Virus record (IMG/VR): IMGVR_UViG_2816332652_000003
Location: 2,167-66,166 of that record
Direction: 5' to 3' (one strand)
Length of the DNA stretch: 64,000 nucleotides
Origin: a virus
The first letter of the stretch is position 1. The number at the start of each line of letters is the position of its first letter. A program made the translations under genes and the position numbers. A model generated the notes under the pieces. That model had not been told where the DNA came from, made no database searches, and was given only the letters and a program-made list of their open reading frames with translations. Below are positions 9,663 through 19,154 of the stretch, one piece after another.

Positions 9663-10394
9663 TTGAGTAATCAAGAAAATGTTGTTCTTAACCCAGATCA
9701 AAAGGCTGTAGCACTTAAAACACTGAAAGATATGTTTTTCGCGGCACAACAGCTTCATAAATGGATCGAGACCGATAAACTGTCTCAGGAAATGTCTGGT
9801 ACACTGCCAACCCTGATAGAAAGTCATTTCACGGATATCGCCAAACAACTTAACTACGAAAGCAAACTGACAAAAGACCAGGAAGATCGTTACCGGGAAA
9901 TCAGAACAGCCAATGAACGCGTGCACGAACTTGAAAAACAACTAGGCGAGAACAAGCCGATGGACGGATTAAAAGAACAACTTCGGTATCTGGCAAGCAC
10001 AGTTTCGGATTGGTGGAACAAACATGGTTTTTATCATGTGTCAGATGGAAATTTCACTGAATACGGACATTATACCGCTCGTTTCTGTTTCATGCTTGAT
10101 CACCTTTCAATGTATAGTGCCACGCCAGTAACGGATAAGAGAAATTGGAAAGAGCGTATCCGACAACTGATTGACGAAGGTTGGGATATTGTTTTCGAGG
10201 ATGGACAACGTAGCCCAGAACTACTGGACAATGACAAAAACCGCGCAAAATTGGTGGACTTGATTAAGACTCGCTTCCCATCAGCGAAAATCTTTAAGAC
10301 ACGAAATTGGCTACGGAACAATGAAACGGGATATGTGTTTCGGGATTTAGAGGTTTACATCTACGACCTGAAAGACATTCCGGAGAATAAATAA
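9663..10394 (+). CDS. Hypothetical phage protein
   Basis: 243-aa ORF with RBS; no recognisable motif. Confidence 0.7.
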   Translation: MSNQENVVLNPDQKAVALKTLKDMFFAAQQLHKWIETDKLSQEMSGTLPTLIESHFTDIAKQLNYESKLTKDQEDRYREIRTANERVHELEKQLGENKPMDGLKEQLRYLASTVSDWWNKHGFYHVSDGNFTEYGHYTARFCFMLDHLSMYSATPVTDKRNWKERIRQLIDEGWDIVFEDGQRSPELLDNDKNRAKLVDLIKTRFPSAKIFKTRNWLRNNETGYVFRDLEVYIYDLKDIPENK

Positions 10395-10434
10395 AATTCG
10401 GGGGTATAGGCCCACCAAAGGAGAGATAACACAC

Positions 10435-10641
10435 ATGGCAAGGATGTGCCAGAAGTTGACTGAGGTAGTTAAGCTTTCCGTTAGATCACAAATGGAGATC
10501 AGGTCGGAAGAAAAAGCCAACAGGCTAATTGAAATGCTGGAGCTCATTGCAAAAGGGACTAAGTATGAACGTGATGTTTTCGAGGCTCTGGATAACTATC
10601 ACGAAACCACTGGTAGAGAAAACGGAAATGTAGTGGATTGA
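10435..10641 (+). CDS. Hypothetical protein
   Basis: RBS AAAGGAG upstream. Confidence 0.55.
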   Translation: MARMCQKLTEVVKLSVRSQMEIRSEEKANRLIEMLELIAKGTKYERDVFEALDNYHETTGRENGNVVD

Positions 10642-10666
10642 GGCTACGGCCTCTAACCAAGGAGGG

Positions 10667-12063
10667 ATATACAGAAGGCAGGCATACCGATCAAAACGCT
10701 TCTGGCTCATTTTTGCAGGCATCGCGCTGCAAGCTGACTGTTAGTAAGATAATATAAATGAATATAGTACACTTTAACTAAAGGTGGTGATTAAATGATT
10801 CTAGCTAAAAAAGTTAGAATTCGACCAACTCCTGAGCAGGAGAAGCAGTTGTGGCGTTCGGCAGGGACGGCTCGCTGGGTCTACAACTTGACGCTTGCCC
10901 GGCAAATAGAGAATTACCAGAATGGCGGGAAGTTCTTGCACGATGGAGTACTGAGAAAAGAGTTGACGCAACTTAAGAAGCGAGAAGAATATGCTTGGCT
11001 GTACGATGTTTCCAACAATGTAGCAAAACAAGCCGTAAAAGATGCCTGCGATGCCTACAAGAAGATGTTCAAAGGACAATCCAAGAAACCGAAGTTCAAG
11101 ATCAAGAAGCGCTCCAAACCAGCGTTCTACAACGATACAGTCAAGTTCAAGGTCAAAGACAGTAAGGTCTTACTCGAAAAAATAGGCTGGGTGGCAACTT
11201 CTGAACAACTTCCAGAATCGGACAAGTACAGCAATCCGCGAGTATCATTTGACGGTAAGTATTGGTACGTATCCGTAGGTATTGAGCAGAAGCAAGAAAG
11301 CTCTGAACTGTCGGACGAGGCGATTGGTATTGATGTAGGTATTAAAGAACTGGCGGTCTGTAGTAACGGAATGGTCTTTAAGAACATCAACAAGACAGCC
11401 GCCGTAAGAAAGACGGAGAAACGATTGCGGAGGTTGCAACGCAAAGTGTCCCGCAAATATGAAATGAATAAGGAAGGAAGCCGTTTCGTCAAGACATGTA
11501 ACATTGTAAAAGTCGAAAATTCCATTCGTTTGCTTCATCGGAGAATAACTAATATTCGCGGCAATCACATCCATCAAGCAACAAACGCAATAGCGAAAAC
11601 CAAGCCTAGCGCTGTTGTGATGGAAGACTTGAATGTTAAAGGGATCATGAAGAACCGATACTTAAGTAAAGCAATTGCAGGGCAAAAACTGCATGAGTTT
11701 ACCCGACAAATGAAATACAAGTGTGAGAAGATAGGCGCAAGGTTTATCCAAGCCGACAGGTGGTTCTCTTCATCGAAATTGTGTTCGTGTTGTGGGCGGA
11801 TCAAGAAAGACTTGAAATTATCTGATCGTACCTATGAATGCGATTGCGGATTCATTATTGACCGAGATATGAACGCGGCAATCAATTTATCTAAATTGGC
11901 GAATTAACACTTACACGTTATCGCTGATATGTAGGATTCGTTGTATCCGAATTTACGCCCTTGGAGTGTTATATCAAACAAAAGTAGTCTCTGGACAAAA
12001 TTGGGCACGAGGAAAAGGGAAGCAAACAAGGATTGTGTAGATTTATACAACTCTTGGCAACGG
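10667..12063 (+). mobile_element. Non-autonomous IS607-type element (tnpB only, no tnpA); left end inferred
   Basis: The right end terminates in ...CTTGGCAACGG (12063), as IS607-family ends typically do. The left end is placed after AAGGAGGG (10659-10666). No transposase ORF is present. Confidence 0.6.
10795..11907 (+). CDS. tnpB: TnpB RNA-guided endonuclease, catalytic residues intact
   Basis: N-terminal HTH; RuvC-I IGIDVG, RuvC-II VMEDL, Zn finger CSCC..CDC, RuvC-III DRDMNAAIN. Confidence 0.95.
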   Translation: MILAKKVRIRPTPEQEKQLWRSAGTARWVYNLTLARQIENYQNGGKFLHDGVLRKELTQLKKREEYAWLYDVSNNVAKQAVKDACDAYKKMFKGQSKKPKFKIKKRSKPAFYNDTVKFKVKDSKVLLEKIGWVATSEQLPESDKYSNPRVSFDGKYWYVSVGIEQKQESSELSDEAIGIDVGIKELAVCSNGMVFKNINKTAAVRKTEKRLRRLQRKVSRKYEMNKEGSRFVKTCNIVKVENSIRLLHRRITNIRGNHIHQATNAIAKTKPSAVVMEDLNVKGIMKNRYLSKAIAGQKLHEFTRQMKYKCEKIGARFIQADRWFSSSKLCSCCGRIKKDLKLSDRTYECDCGFIIDRDMNAAINLSKLAN

Positions 12064-12083
12064 ATATATAGATGACACAAAAA
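11880..12083 (+). ncRNA. Putative TnpB omegaRNA scaffold plus guide (guide begins at 12064: ATATATAGATGACACAAAAA)
   Basis: ~155-nt non-coding tract after tnpB with hairpins (TAGGATTCGTTGTATCCGAATTTA) ending in GCAACGG. TnpB omegaRNAs derive from the element's right end plus flanking DNA. Confidence 0.7.
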
Positions 12084-12178
12084 AATAATAAATCAAAAAA
12101 ACCAATAAATGACATAAATAAATAAAAAAACAAAAAGAGATAAGGAAATGTTCCTAATCACCTTGAGGAGGTAAAGCA

Positions 12179-12802
12179 TTGAACAACGATGATGTAGTTG
12201 TAGTAGTCAATCGAGAAGATTTCGAGGATACAAATAAAATCATTCAACTTAACTTTTTTTCTGACGTGGACGAAGTAGATATCCGCAAAACCAAATGGTT
12301 ACTTGGAAAATATGTCGACATGGTGGACATTATAAAAAATTATGAATTTTCGCTTCAGCAGATTGAAAACGGGATGTCAGGATACGAGTTATTGTCTGCG
12401 GAGGGTTCGGTTGCTAAACGTGAATCTGGACATGAACTAACTGCTGATGTCACAGCGAACGCGGTAATTATGAAAGACAAGCGGCACGCAAACTACAAAC
12501 TTTATGTAGCAATATCCAACAATGTCCGATTTGCAATAAACAATTTAAGAGATCCACACGAAGGGGTAACAGCTAGATTGCTATTTTTGGAAGGTAAAAA
12601 ATACTTGAAAGCGCAGGAGTATATGGAGAAAGGATATCGAAAGGACGTTCCTGGTATCGCGGCGACTACATTTGCAGATAAGCGGCGCAGGGCCATAGCT
12701 AACATAGCTAACAGTCTTAAATTCAATCGAACTTTAGATTTTGTAGTAATAGATTATGGACGGGGGCGAAGTAAAGAAGGAGAGGTTGGTTTAAAAATGT
12801 AG
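12179..12802 (+). CDS. ArpU/RinA-like late transcriptional activator
   Basis: Position at the end of the early region; C-terminal sigma-region-4-like helix (ARLLFLEG...DKRRRAIANIANSL). Confidence 0.65.
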   Translation: MNNDDVVVVVNREDFEDTNKIIQLNFFSDVDEVDIRKTKWLLGKYVDMVDIIKNYEFSLQQIENGMSGYELLSAEGSVAKRESGHELTADVTANAVIMKDKRHANYKLYVAISNNVRFAINNLRDPHEGVTARLLFLEGKKYLKAQEYMEKGYRKDVPGIAATTFADKRRRAIANIANSLKFNRTLDFVVIDYGRGRSKEGEVGLKM

Positions 12803-12904
12803 AGGTGTATTAAGGTATTTTTAAAAGGAAATTTAATTAATTTCCTTTTAAAAAATCCTGATTTGAAAATATAATAAAAAAACAAACAGAGAGGGTGCTC
12901 TAAA

Positions 12905-13732
12905 TTGAATCTTGACGATGATTCTAAAATAAGTCTATTAAGAATTACATTAGGTTATTTAGAAAAAGAATTAAATCGAAAGAAAAATGAAGTGGAGATG
13001 CTAAAGCAGATGCATCAAAACATTAATAAGCTCGGGGCTAAGTTGGAAAGTGTCTTAGTTTTAAATAAATTAGCCACCAAATTAACCATGAATTCTTACT
13101 TTATCCACGCTACTCCGAAAGTCACATATGATGGAATATCGAAGAAAAGACCGGGTGGTATAGAATTTGGAGATGTTCTGTACATTTATACTGAAGGTGA
13201 TAAGCAAAATAAGATTAGAGAGAATGCGATGCTGTATCAGGCAAAATTGTTTAGTTCCAGTAAAGTAGATGAACATCAATTGAAGTTGTATACTAAATGG
13301 TCGCCTTTTAGTCTCCTTAAAGAAAAAAATCGAAAATATGTGTTGAATACTAATTCAAATCCTCATCCAGGAGCGAGATATCTACTCCTAGATACTAGTA
13401 CACTGAACAAAAAATTCGCTTCAACTATGACACCAGAAGATAATCTTAGAGCAAATCGAAATGATAGCTATTTAGAGAATGATTTAGTTGGGTTGTTAGA
13501 TTTTAGTAGAGGGAAAGAGCTGACAGGAGAGTGGGGGGATGCAATAAACAAAGTTAGGGACGAGATAATAACTAATAATCTTTCTAAAAGTGGGTTCGTA
13601 AAAAATCAAGCTCTGTCTTTATTATCAGAAGGACAAGATAATAATTTGAATGAAGAGATTATGAAAAATGTTGATGTAAAAGGTTTTTGGTTAATACATA
13701 TAGTATCTGAAGTGAGTAACACTGTAGATTAA
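12905..13732 (+). CDS. Accessory AT-rich protein with a PD-(D/E)XK-like motif
   Basis: EFGDVLYIY...AMLYQAK; noticeably AT-richer than its neighbours. Confidence 0.55.
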   Translation: MNLDDDSKISLLRITLGYLEKELNRKKNEVEMLKQMHQNINKLGAKLESVLVLNKLATKLTMNSYFIHATPKVTYDGISKKRPGGIEFGDVLYIYTEGDKQNKIRENAMLYQAKLFSSSKVDEHQLKLYTKWSPFSLLKEKNRKYVLNTNSNPHPGARYLLLDTSTLNKKFASTMTPEDNLRANRNDSYLENDLVGLLDFSRGKELTGEWGDAINKVRDEIITNNLSKSGFVKNQALSLLSEGQDNNLNEEIMKNVDVKGFWLIHIVSEVSNTVD

Positions 13733-13774
13733 GTATAGACTAATGAAAAAGTGTAGTTTGTTTGTAGTAAATCC

Positions 13775-13793
13775 ATGTTATCTTAAATCCATA
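13775..13793 (+). promoter_or_regulatory. Late-promoter-like motif, copy 1
   Basis: ATGTTATCTTAAATCCATA (TGn + -10-like hexamer + CATA); similar motifs at 19306 and 22428. Confidence 0.45.
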
Positions 13794-13807
13794 TAATAAC
13801 GTATTCG

Positions 13808-13836
13808 AAAAGGTCGCTCATTCGAGCGGCCTTTTT
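13808..13836 (+). terminator. Intrinsic terminator-like hairpin
   Basis: AAAAGGTCGCTC-ATTC-GAGCGGCCTTTTT. Confidence 0.75.
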
Positions 13837-13853
13837 GCATTGGAGGAAAGAGT

Positions 13854-14024
13854 ATGGAAGTTAACTATTACAGTAGGAATGAGCCAGCTATACCCGGAGT
13901 TTCGGATAAGCAGCCAGAGCAGTGTCGTGGTTGTGGTTGGGGGACATGGACGGGAGTGAATCAATTATGTATTATGCCGAGATGTTGGAAGGAGAACCAT
14001 GATCCAGAGAAGGTGATGAAATGA
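13854..14024 (+). CDS. Cys-rich micro-protein, copy 1 (56 aa)
   Basis: RBS GGAGG; KQPEQCRGCGWGTWTGVNQLCIMPRC; stop overlaps the recombinase ATG. Confidence 0.65.
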   Translation: MEVNYYSRNEPAIPGVSDKQPEQCRGCGWGTWTGVNQLCIMPRCWKENHDPEKVMK

Positions 14025-14581
14025 GAAAAGTACAGCCGATCCGCGATGAACGGGTTATAGATGGAATGAAAGAATACTTCTATATACGAAGTAAGCGAAA
14101 TTACTTATTTTTTTGTATGGGCATATACAGCGGACTTCGAGTATCTGACTTGCTCGAACTCAAGGCGTGGCAAACTAAAGGGACCCATATCAGTATGGTT
14201 GAGCAGAAAAATAAGCATGCGAAGACTTTTATTATCCATCCGAGTATAAGAGAGGATCTGGACGAATTCACTGCTGACATGCGACCAACTGATTATCTGT
14301 TTGCTAGTCGTCAGATTAAAACGATCAGCCGTATGCGAAATAAACCGATCGATCGGACAACTGCCTATCGTTTTTTACACGAAGCAGCTCAGGAATTCAG
14401 GTTAAAGGATATCGGAGTCCATTCATTGCGGAAGACATGGGCATATAGGCTCTACATGGACAATCCTGAGAACCTAGCGTTACTAATGGATATGTTTGGA
14501 CACAGCGATCCAAGGGAGACTTTGGACTATATCGGGCTGACTCAGGACATGATGGACAAGGCAATCTTGAATTTGAGGTGA
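14021..14581 (+). CDS. Small tyrosine recombinase (catalytic domain only, XerC/D-like)
   Basis: GLRVSDLL (R), HSLRKT (HxxR), FGHS, and Tyr in TLDYIG. Confidence 0.92.
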   Translation: MRKVQPIRDERVIDGMKEYFYIRSKRNYLFFCMGIYSGLRVSDLLELKAWQTKGTHISMVEQKNKHAKTFIIHPSIREDLDEFTADMRPTDYLFASRQIKTISRMRNKPIDRTTAYRFLHEAAQEFRLKDIGVHSLRKTWAYRLYMDNPENLALLMDMFGHSDPRETLDYIGLTQDMMDKAILNLR

Positions 14582-14586
14582 ATTTA

Positions 14587-14701
14587 GTGCAACACAATAC
14601 GGTTTATATTGCACTCATTTTTCAATTAGGAAGACATTAGATGAAGAAACATGTTTTTTCATGCCTGAAATGAGTGCAACAGAATTACCTTTATGTTTCA
14701 C
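14587..14701 (+). repeat. Two directly repeated dif/lox-like 11-6-11 sites
   Basis: GTGCAACACAA-TACGGT-TTATATTGCAC (14587-14614) and GTGCAACAGAA-TTACCT-TTATGTTTCAC (14674-14701), 87 bp apart. Confidence 0.7.
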
Positions 14702-14843
14702 TCAACTTACATTATTTAGTGAATATGAGTACAGAACAACAGCCTGCGATTCAGACGGAGGCTTATTTTGATTCGTAACGTTTGACTATTACTGACCTTA
14801 AATAGGAATTCCAACTCAATTACATGAAAGTGGTGATAATTTT

Positions 14844-15572
14844 GTGAGCAGGAAGCAGAATCCGAATCGTAAGAAGGCGTTCAAAATTTGGAAAGATAGT
14901 GGCGCTGTGATGAAGCCGAAAGAGATTGCGGAAAAGTTGGGCATCACATCTGAGTCAGTCCGGAAGTGGAAGTCACTTGATCAATGGGAAGGAAAGATGG
15001 CGAATGCTAAACCCGGTGCTCCTCGTGGCAATCAGAATGCTAAAGGTAATCGAGGTGGTAAAGGCGGTCCGCTCGGGAATCAGAAAGCTGTAACACATGG
15101 ATTGTTCCGTAAGTTCGAGCCGCAAGATCCTGAGTATTTAGAACTCATAGATATTGTTCAGCAAATGGAACCTATAGACATGATCTGGCATAACATCACT
15201 CAGGGATTCCGTAAAATCATTTGGGCGCAGCGTATCTTCTTCATCAAAGACAAAGAGGATATGACGAAAGAGTTGAAAAGGGAGAAACCAGGTGAGTATG
15301 GAGACGAATACGAATGGGAAATTCAATTCGCTTGGGATAAATATGCGAGTTTCATCAAGGCAGAGGCTACAGTCATGCGTGAGATCAGGGGAGCTATCAA
15401 ACAATTCCTTGATATCGCGCCGCAGGAAGATGAGCGCCGATTGAAACTGGATCAGATGCAGGCCAAAGTCGAGAAAACCCGCCTTGAGATTGAAAAACTG
15501 AAGAATGGTGATGGAGATACCGAGGATGATCTGATCGAAGATTGGGTGAAGGCGGTGGAAACTGGTGAGTAA
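14844..15572 (+). CDS. terS: Terminase small subunit
   Basis: N-terminal HTH (KEIAEKLGITSESVRKWK), GAPRGNQNA motif; overlaps terL. Confidence 0.88.
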   Translation: MSRKQNPNRKKAFKIWKDSGAVMKPKEIAEKLGITSESVRKWKSLDQWEGKMANAKPGAPRGNQNAKGNRGGKGGPLGNQKAVTHGLFRKFEPQDPEYLELIDIVQQMEPIDMIWHNITQGFRKIIWAQRIFFIKDKEDMTKELKREKPGEYGDEYEWEIQFAWDKYASFIKAEATVMREIRGAIKQFLDIAPQEDERRLKLDQMQAKVEKTRLEIEKLKNGDGDTEDDLIEDWVKAVETGE

Positions 15573-17019
15573 AGAGTCTCCACAAACTAAACGCAGATTC
15601 GCTGCATTCAAAAAACGTATTCCCGAGTACCGGAAGAATCCGGTTCTTTTTTGCGTGGAATTACTGAAATTTACTCCTGATGAGTGGCAAGCAGAAGTAA
15701 TGATGGACATAGCTGGAGGTCCGCGAGTGTCGGTGCGATCTGGACAGGGTGTTGGAAAGACCGGCCTTGAGGCTGCGGTGGCATTATGGTTCCTATCGTG
15801 CTTCCCGTTTCCGAAGGTTATCTGTACTGCACCGACTCGTCAGCAGTTGCATGATGTCTTATGGGCTGAGATTAGCAAATGGCAAGAGAAAAGTCCGTTG
15901 CTTAAACGGATACTCAAATGGACAAAGACTAAGATTTACATGCGAAATTATGAGGAACGCTGGTTTGCTACAGCCCGGACAGCTACCAAGCCCGAGAACA
16001 TGCAGGGTTTCCATGAGGACTACATGCTCTTTATTGTGGACGAAGCTTCCGGGGTTGAAGATCGTATCATGGAGGCTATCCTGGGGACGCTCTCGGGTGA
16101 ATTTAATAAGCTGCTAATGTGCGGGAACCCAACTCGGACCAGTGGTGTATTCTATGACTCTCACAACAGGGACCGGGCAGATTACAACACGCACAAAGTT
16201 TCCTGTCTGAACAGTCCTCGGACAAGTAAAGAGAACATAGCCATGCTTGAACGAAAATATGGTAAAGGATCTGATGTATGGCGTGTCCGAGTTGAAGGGG
16301 AGTTTCCGCGGGGCGAGTCAGAAACCTTTATCGCTCTGGAAGTGGCTGAGTTTGCTACCAAAGATGTAACCTTGGAACCGTCTGGAGATACCTTAACCAT
16401 CGGCTGTGACGTTGCCCGTTTTGGTGATGATGAAACATCTATGTACGCGGGGATAGGCCCAGTAACAGTTGGGCAGCATCATCATTTCAAGAAAGACACA
16501 ATGGTTACTGCTGGCTGGGTGTTGAACTTAATAAGAGAATTGCTTCCGCAGTTTCCAGAAGTCGTTCATACGAGAATCAGGATAGATGATACAGGTGTCG
16601 GTGGTGGTGTGACTGATCGGTTGAATGAAGTAATAGCAGAAGAAGGACTTCCGTATGAATTAGTTCCAATAAATAATGGATCGTCATCTTTGGATGAACA
16701 TTATGGAAACCTGGGCGCAGAAATGTGGGCGCATATAAAGGGACAACTGGAACAAAACATGAGCAATTATATAAACAATGAGTCCGCGGTCTTACAACTT
16801 CCTGATGATGATGTATTGACCTCCCAATTGACTACGAGAAAATGGTCAATGACCAGCAAAGGTAAGATACTTCTTGAAAGCAAGAAGGATATGAAAAAAC
16901 GTGGTCTCAAGTCACCGGATAGGGCTGACGCATACGTTCTCACCTTTGGTGAATATTTGCTGGGGGCACCTCAGTCAATAATGCTTCCAACAATAGGAGG
17001 TGTATCAATAAAAAGATAA
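15565..17019 (+). CDS. terL: Terminase large subunit (resembles the P1 PacB type)
   Basis: VRSGQGVGKT, LFIVDEASGV, GNPTRTSGVFYDSH, nuclease IGCDVARFGDD, SPDRADA. Confidence 0.95.
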   Translation: MSKESPQTKRRFAAFKKRIPEYRKNPVLFCVELLKFTPDEWQAEVMMDIAGGPRVSVRSGQGVGKTGLEAAVALWFLSCFPFPKVICTAPTRQQLHDVLWAEISKWQEKSPLLKRILKWTKTKIYMRNYEERWFATARTATKPENMQGFHEDYMLFIVDEASGVEDRIMEAILGTLSGEFNKLLMCGNPTRTSGVFYDSHNRDRADYNTHKVSCLNSPRTSKENIAMLERKYGKGSDVWRVRVEGEFPRGESETFIALEVAEFATKDVTLEPSGDTLTIGCDVARFGDDETSMYAGIGPVTVGQHHHFKKDTMVTAGWVLNLIRELLPQFPEVVHTRIRIDDTGVGGGVTDRLNEVIAEEGLPYELVPINNGSSSLDEHYGNLGAEMWAHIKGQLEQNMSNYINNESAVLQLPDDDVLTSQLTTRKWSMTSKGKILLESKKDMKKRGLKSPDRADAYVLTFGEYLLGAPQSIMLPTIGGVSIKR

Positions 17020-17089
17020 CAAGAAACTTTGAAATCATATTAAGAGGGAGGGTGATTATAAAGTAACTTGAATCTTCAATAAAACTGAT

Positions 17090-17391
17090 CTGCTGCGGGC
17101 AAGACGGCAAACGCTACGATTCTTATAGAGAAACAGCGCTGGGTGTACAAAAGATAGGACTTCTATACACACCAGTTGGAAAGGGCGCAGCGGCTAATCA
17201 AAGACGAAGAAGCCCGTAAAGCCGTTGATTACAGATACATTCAAGGTTATTCACGCAAAGAAACGATACTCTTCTTCCGGCGCGCTCTCAATGATAGTAC
17301 AATCAAGCGCAAGATCGATGAGGGGCTGGAGAGTGTCGCAAATACCTTGAAGCTAATCGGCTTTTTTGAGCAAGATGATGCAGAATACTAA
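17090..17391 (+). pseudogene. Relic of a second ArpU-like regulator (5' truncated, internal TAG)
   Basis: KTANATILIEKQRWVYKR*DFY...EGLESVANTLKL aligns by eye with VTANAVIMKDKRHANY...IANIANSLKF of 12179-12802. Confidence 0.65.
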
Positions 17392-17427
17392 AAGAGAAGC
17401 TGACGATTAATCGTCAGCTTCTCTTTT
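17390..17427. terminator. Perfect 38-bp palindrome, bidirectional terminator
   Basis: AAAAGAGAAGCTGACGATT/AATCGTCAGCTTCTCTTTT between convergent genes. Confidence 0.85.
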
Positions 17428-17435
17428 TTGCACTG

Positions 17436-19154
17436 TTATCCTTTAATGAAATCTTGCAGTTCGCTCTTAAAGAATTCCAATTTTTCTGGAGTGTTGTTTA
17501 ACACTAATTCAGTCAGTTCCATTCCATGAACTATTTTATTGTAGTGTAAAGAGTAACTTTCAAATAAGCGTTCTAACACTTCACTTCCAACGACATCTTT
17601 TAATACATTTGTAGAACCTTTTTTAGGGAATAATTTATTGTCATCGATTGATAATAATAAATGGTCGATTTTGCTCTTTATTAGATCTGGATCTGCAGCA
17701 GCTATTGATAAATTTCGATTAATGATTTCAGAAAGCTCATGATAACAGTCTAAAAAGTAGTTCTCGTACTCTCGTCGTCCCAAGATAATTATACTATCTC
17801 CATAGCTTTCTCTTAATGTGAGAAGTTTTTCGTCGGTTTTGTTATCTGCATCAATAATTATTTTATAAGGTATTGGACTCTCTGATATGCCACTTAGAAT
17901 TAAGTCAAGTTTGCCTTTATACGCTCGCATAGAAGAATTCTTATTAAAATAATTACCAGTTCCCTTCATATTTAATATTCTGTAATTATAACCAATCTGT
18001 TTTAAGCCGAAATGAGTGAGGATCATCGGAATTACAAGTTCCTCAGTTTGTCCTTCTACAAATATTACTTTATCAGATAAAGCAAAGTCACTATTACTAA
18101 CACCTATATCAGACAACACTTCTTGAATATGTTCTAACTGTGTGAAGGAACTTATCCCATTCAACTTACTTACATGAATTAAATATTTATCAGATGGATA
18201 ATTAATTAAAATAGGGGAATGCGTAGTGAATACAAACTGGTGTTCATTGCTATCGCTTACTAAATCATAGATGGCCTTCTCGGCAGAAGGATGTAAGAAT
18301 ACTTGTGGCTCATCAAATAGAACTATACTGTTTTCTTTTGTATAGAGTACACACAATAGTAATAAAACGTGAGTATAGCCACTTCCGCAATCTGATAAGG
18401 GAATTGGCGTATCTAAGCCTTCGAAGGATACACTTATAAAAGTCTGGTTACCTCCATCAATAGGAGTCCTAATAGTTATAACGTCAGTAAATATTTGTTT
18501 AAACGTTTCCACAATTTTATCAAAAGTTTCTTCTTCATTATTGTGCATAGAGTAAAGAAACCCATTAAGATTTGTCCCATCAATTTTTAAGTAATTGTTT
18601 AAAGTTGAAGTCTCAGTCGAAGGTACATGTCTAGAACCAGTTATATAAACAATTTTCTTGTTTAAAAGGTTCATGAAATTAGAAATAAATGTACTATTGG
18701 GGACTAATACGCTGTCTTCTTGATCGGGTATCACGAACATATATTTTGGAGCTACTCCAACTTTATGATAATTACTGTTAATGTAAACATCTTGAAAATG
18801 ATCGTTGTAGTATCCTTGTACTTTATTAAAAACTGTCACATTATGACTATTGAAATATCTTAAAAAAAGTCTGAACTTTTCTGAATACTGGATTGTAAAT
18901 CCTGGAGGTACATTATCATTTAGATAATTTACTTCTTCGTCTGACAAGGATAATTCTAATTCAATTTCGGTTGATTGAGTATCTAAGGCCGGGGAGTTTA
19001 GCATACCTTGTAGAACTTTATACAACGCTTCAATGAAAGCTGATTTACCTGTATTATTTTTACCTGCTAAAACATTCATTTTATTATGTAATTTAATCTC
19101 TCCTGAATCATCGATACTTTTGTGATTTTTAATACGAACGTTAAGAATTATCAT
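17436..19154 (-). CDS. OLD-family ABC-ATPase + TOPRIM nuclease (candidate anti-phage gene)
   Basis: Walker A GKNNTGKS, signature LSDCGSG, Walker B LFDEP, H-loop TTHSP, TOPRIM VEGQTEE and IIDAD; start set at ATG 19154 with its RBS. Confidence 0.88.
   Translation of the reverse strand: MIILNVRIKNHKSIDDSGEIKLHNKMNVLAGKNNTGKSAFIEALYKVLQGMLNSPALDTQSTEIELELSLSDEEVNYLNDNVPPGFTIQYSEKFRLFLRYFNSHNVTVFNKVQGYYNDHFQDVYINSNYHKVGVAPKYMFVIPDQEDSVLVPNSTFISNFMNLLNKKIVYITGSRHVPSTETSTLNNYLKIDGTNLNGFLYSMHNNEEETFDKIVETFKQIFTDVITIRTPIDGGNQTFISVSFEGLDTPIPLSDCGSGYTHVLLLLCVLYTKENSIVLFDEPQVFLHPSAEKAIYDLVSDSNEHQFVFTTHSPILINYPSDKYLIHVSKLNGISSFTQLEHIQEVLSDIGVSNSDFALSDKVIFVEGQTEELVIPMILTHFGLKQIGYNYRILNMKGTGNYFNKNSSMRAYKGKLDLILSGISESPIPYKIIIDADNKTDEKLLTLRESYGDSIIILGRREYENYFLDCYHELSEIINRNLSIAAADPDLIKSKIDHLLLSIDDNKLFPKKGSTNVLKDVVGSEVLERLFESYSLHYNKIVHGMELTELVLNNTPEKLEFFKSELQDFIKG

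Noticed and set aside
14021-14581. Prophage integrase marking attR
   Set aside because: It is too short, lacks an arm-binding domain and sits mid-genome before terS.
17436-19154. Gabija, PARIS or Septu system
   Set aside because: No UvrD, separate TOPRIM or HNH partner is adjacent; ATPase and TOPRIM are fused in one ORF.
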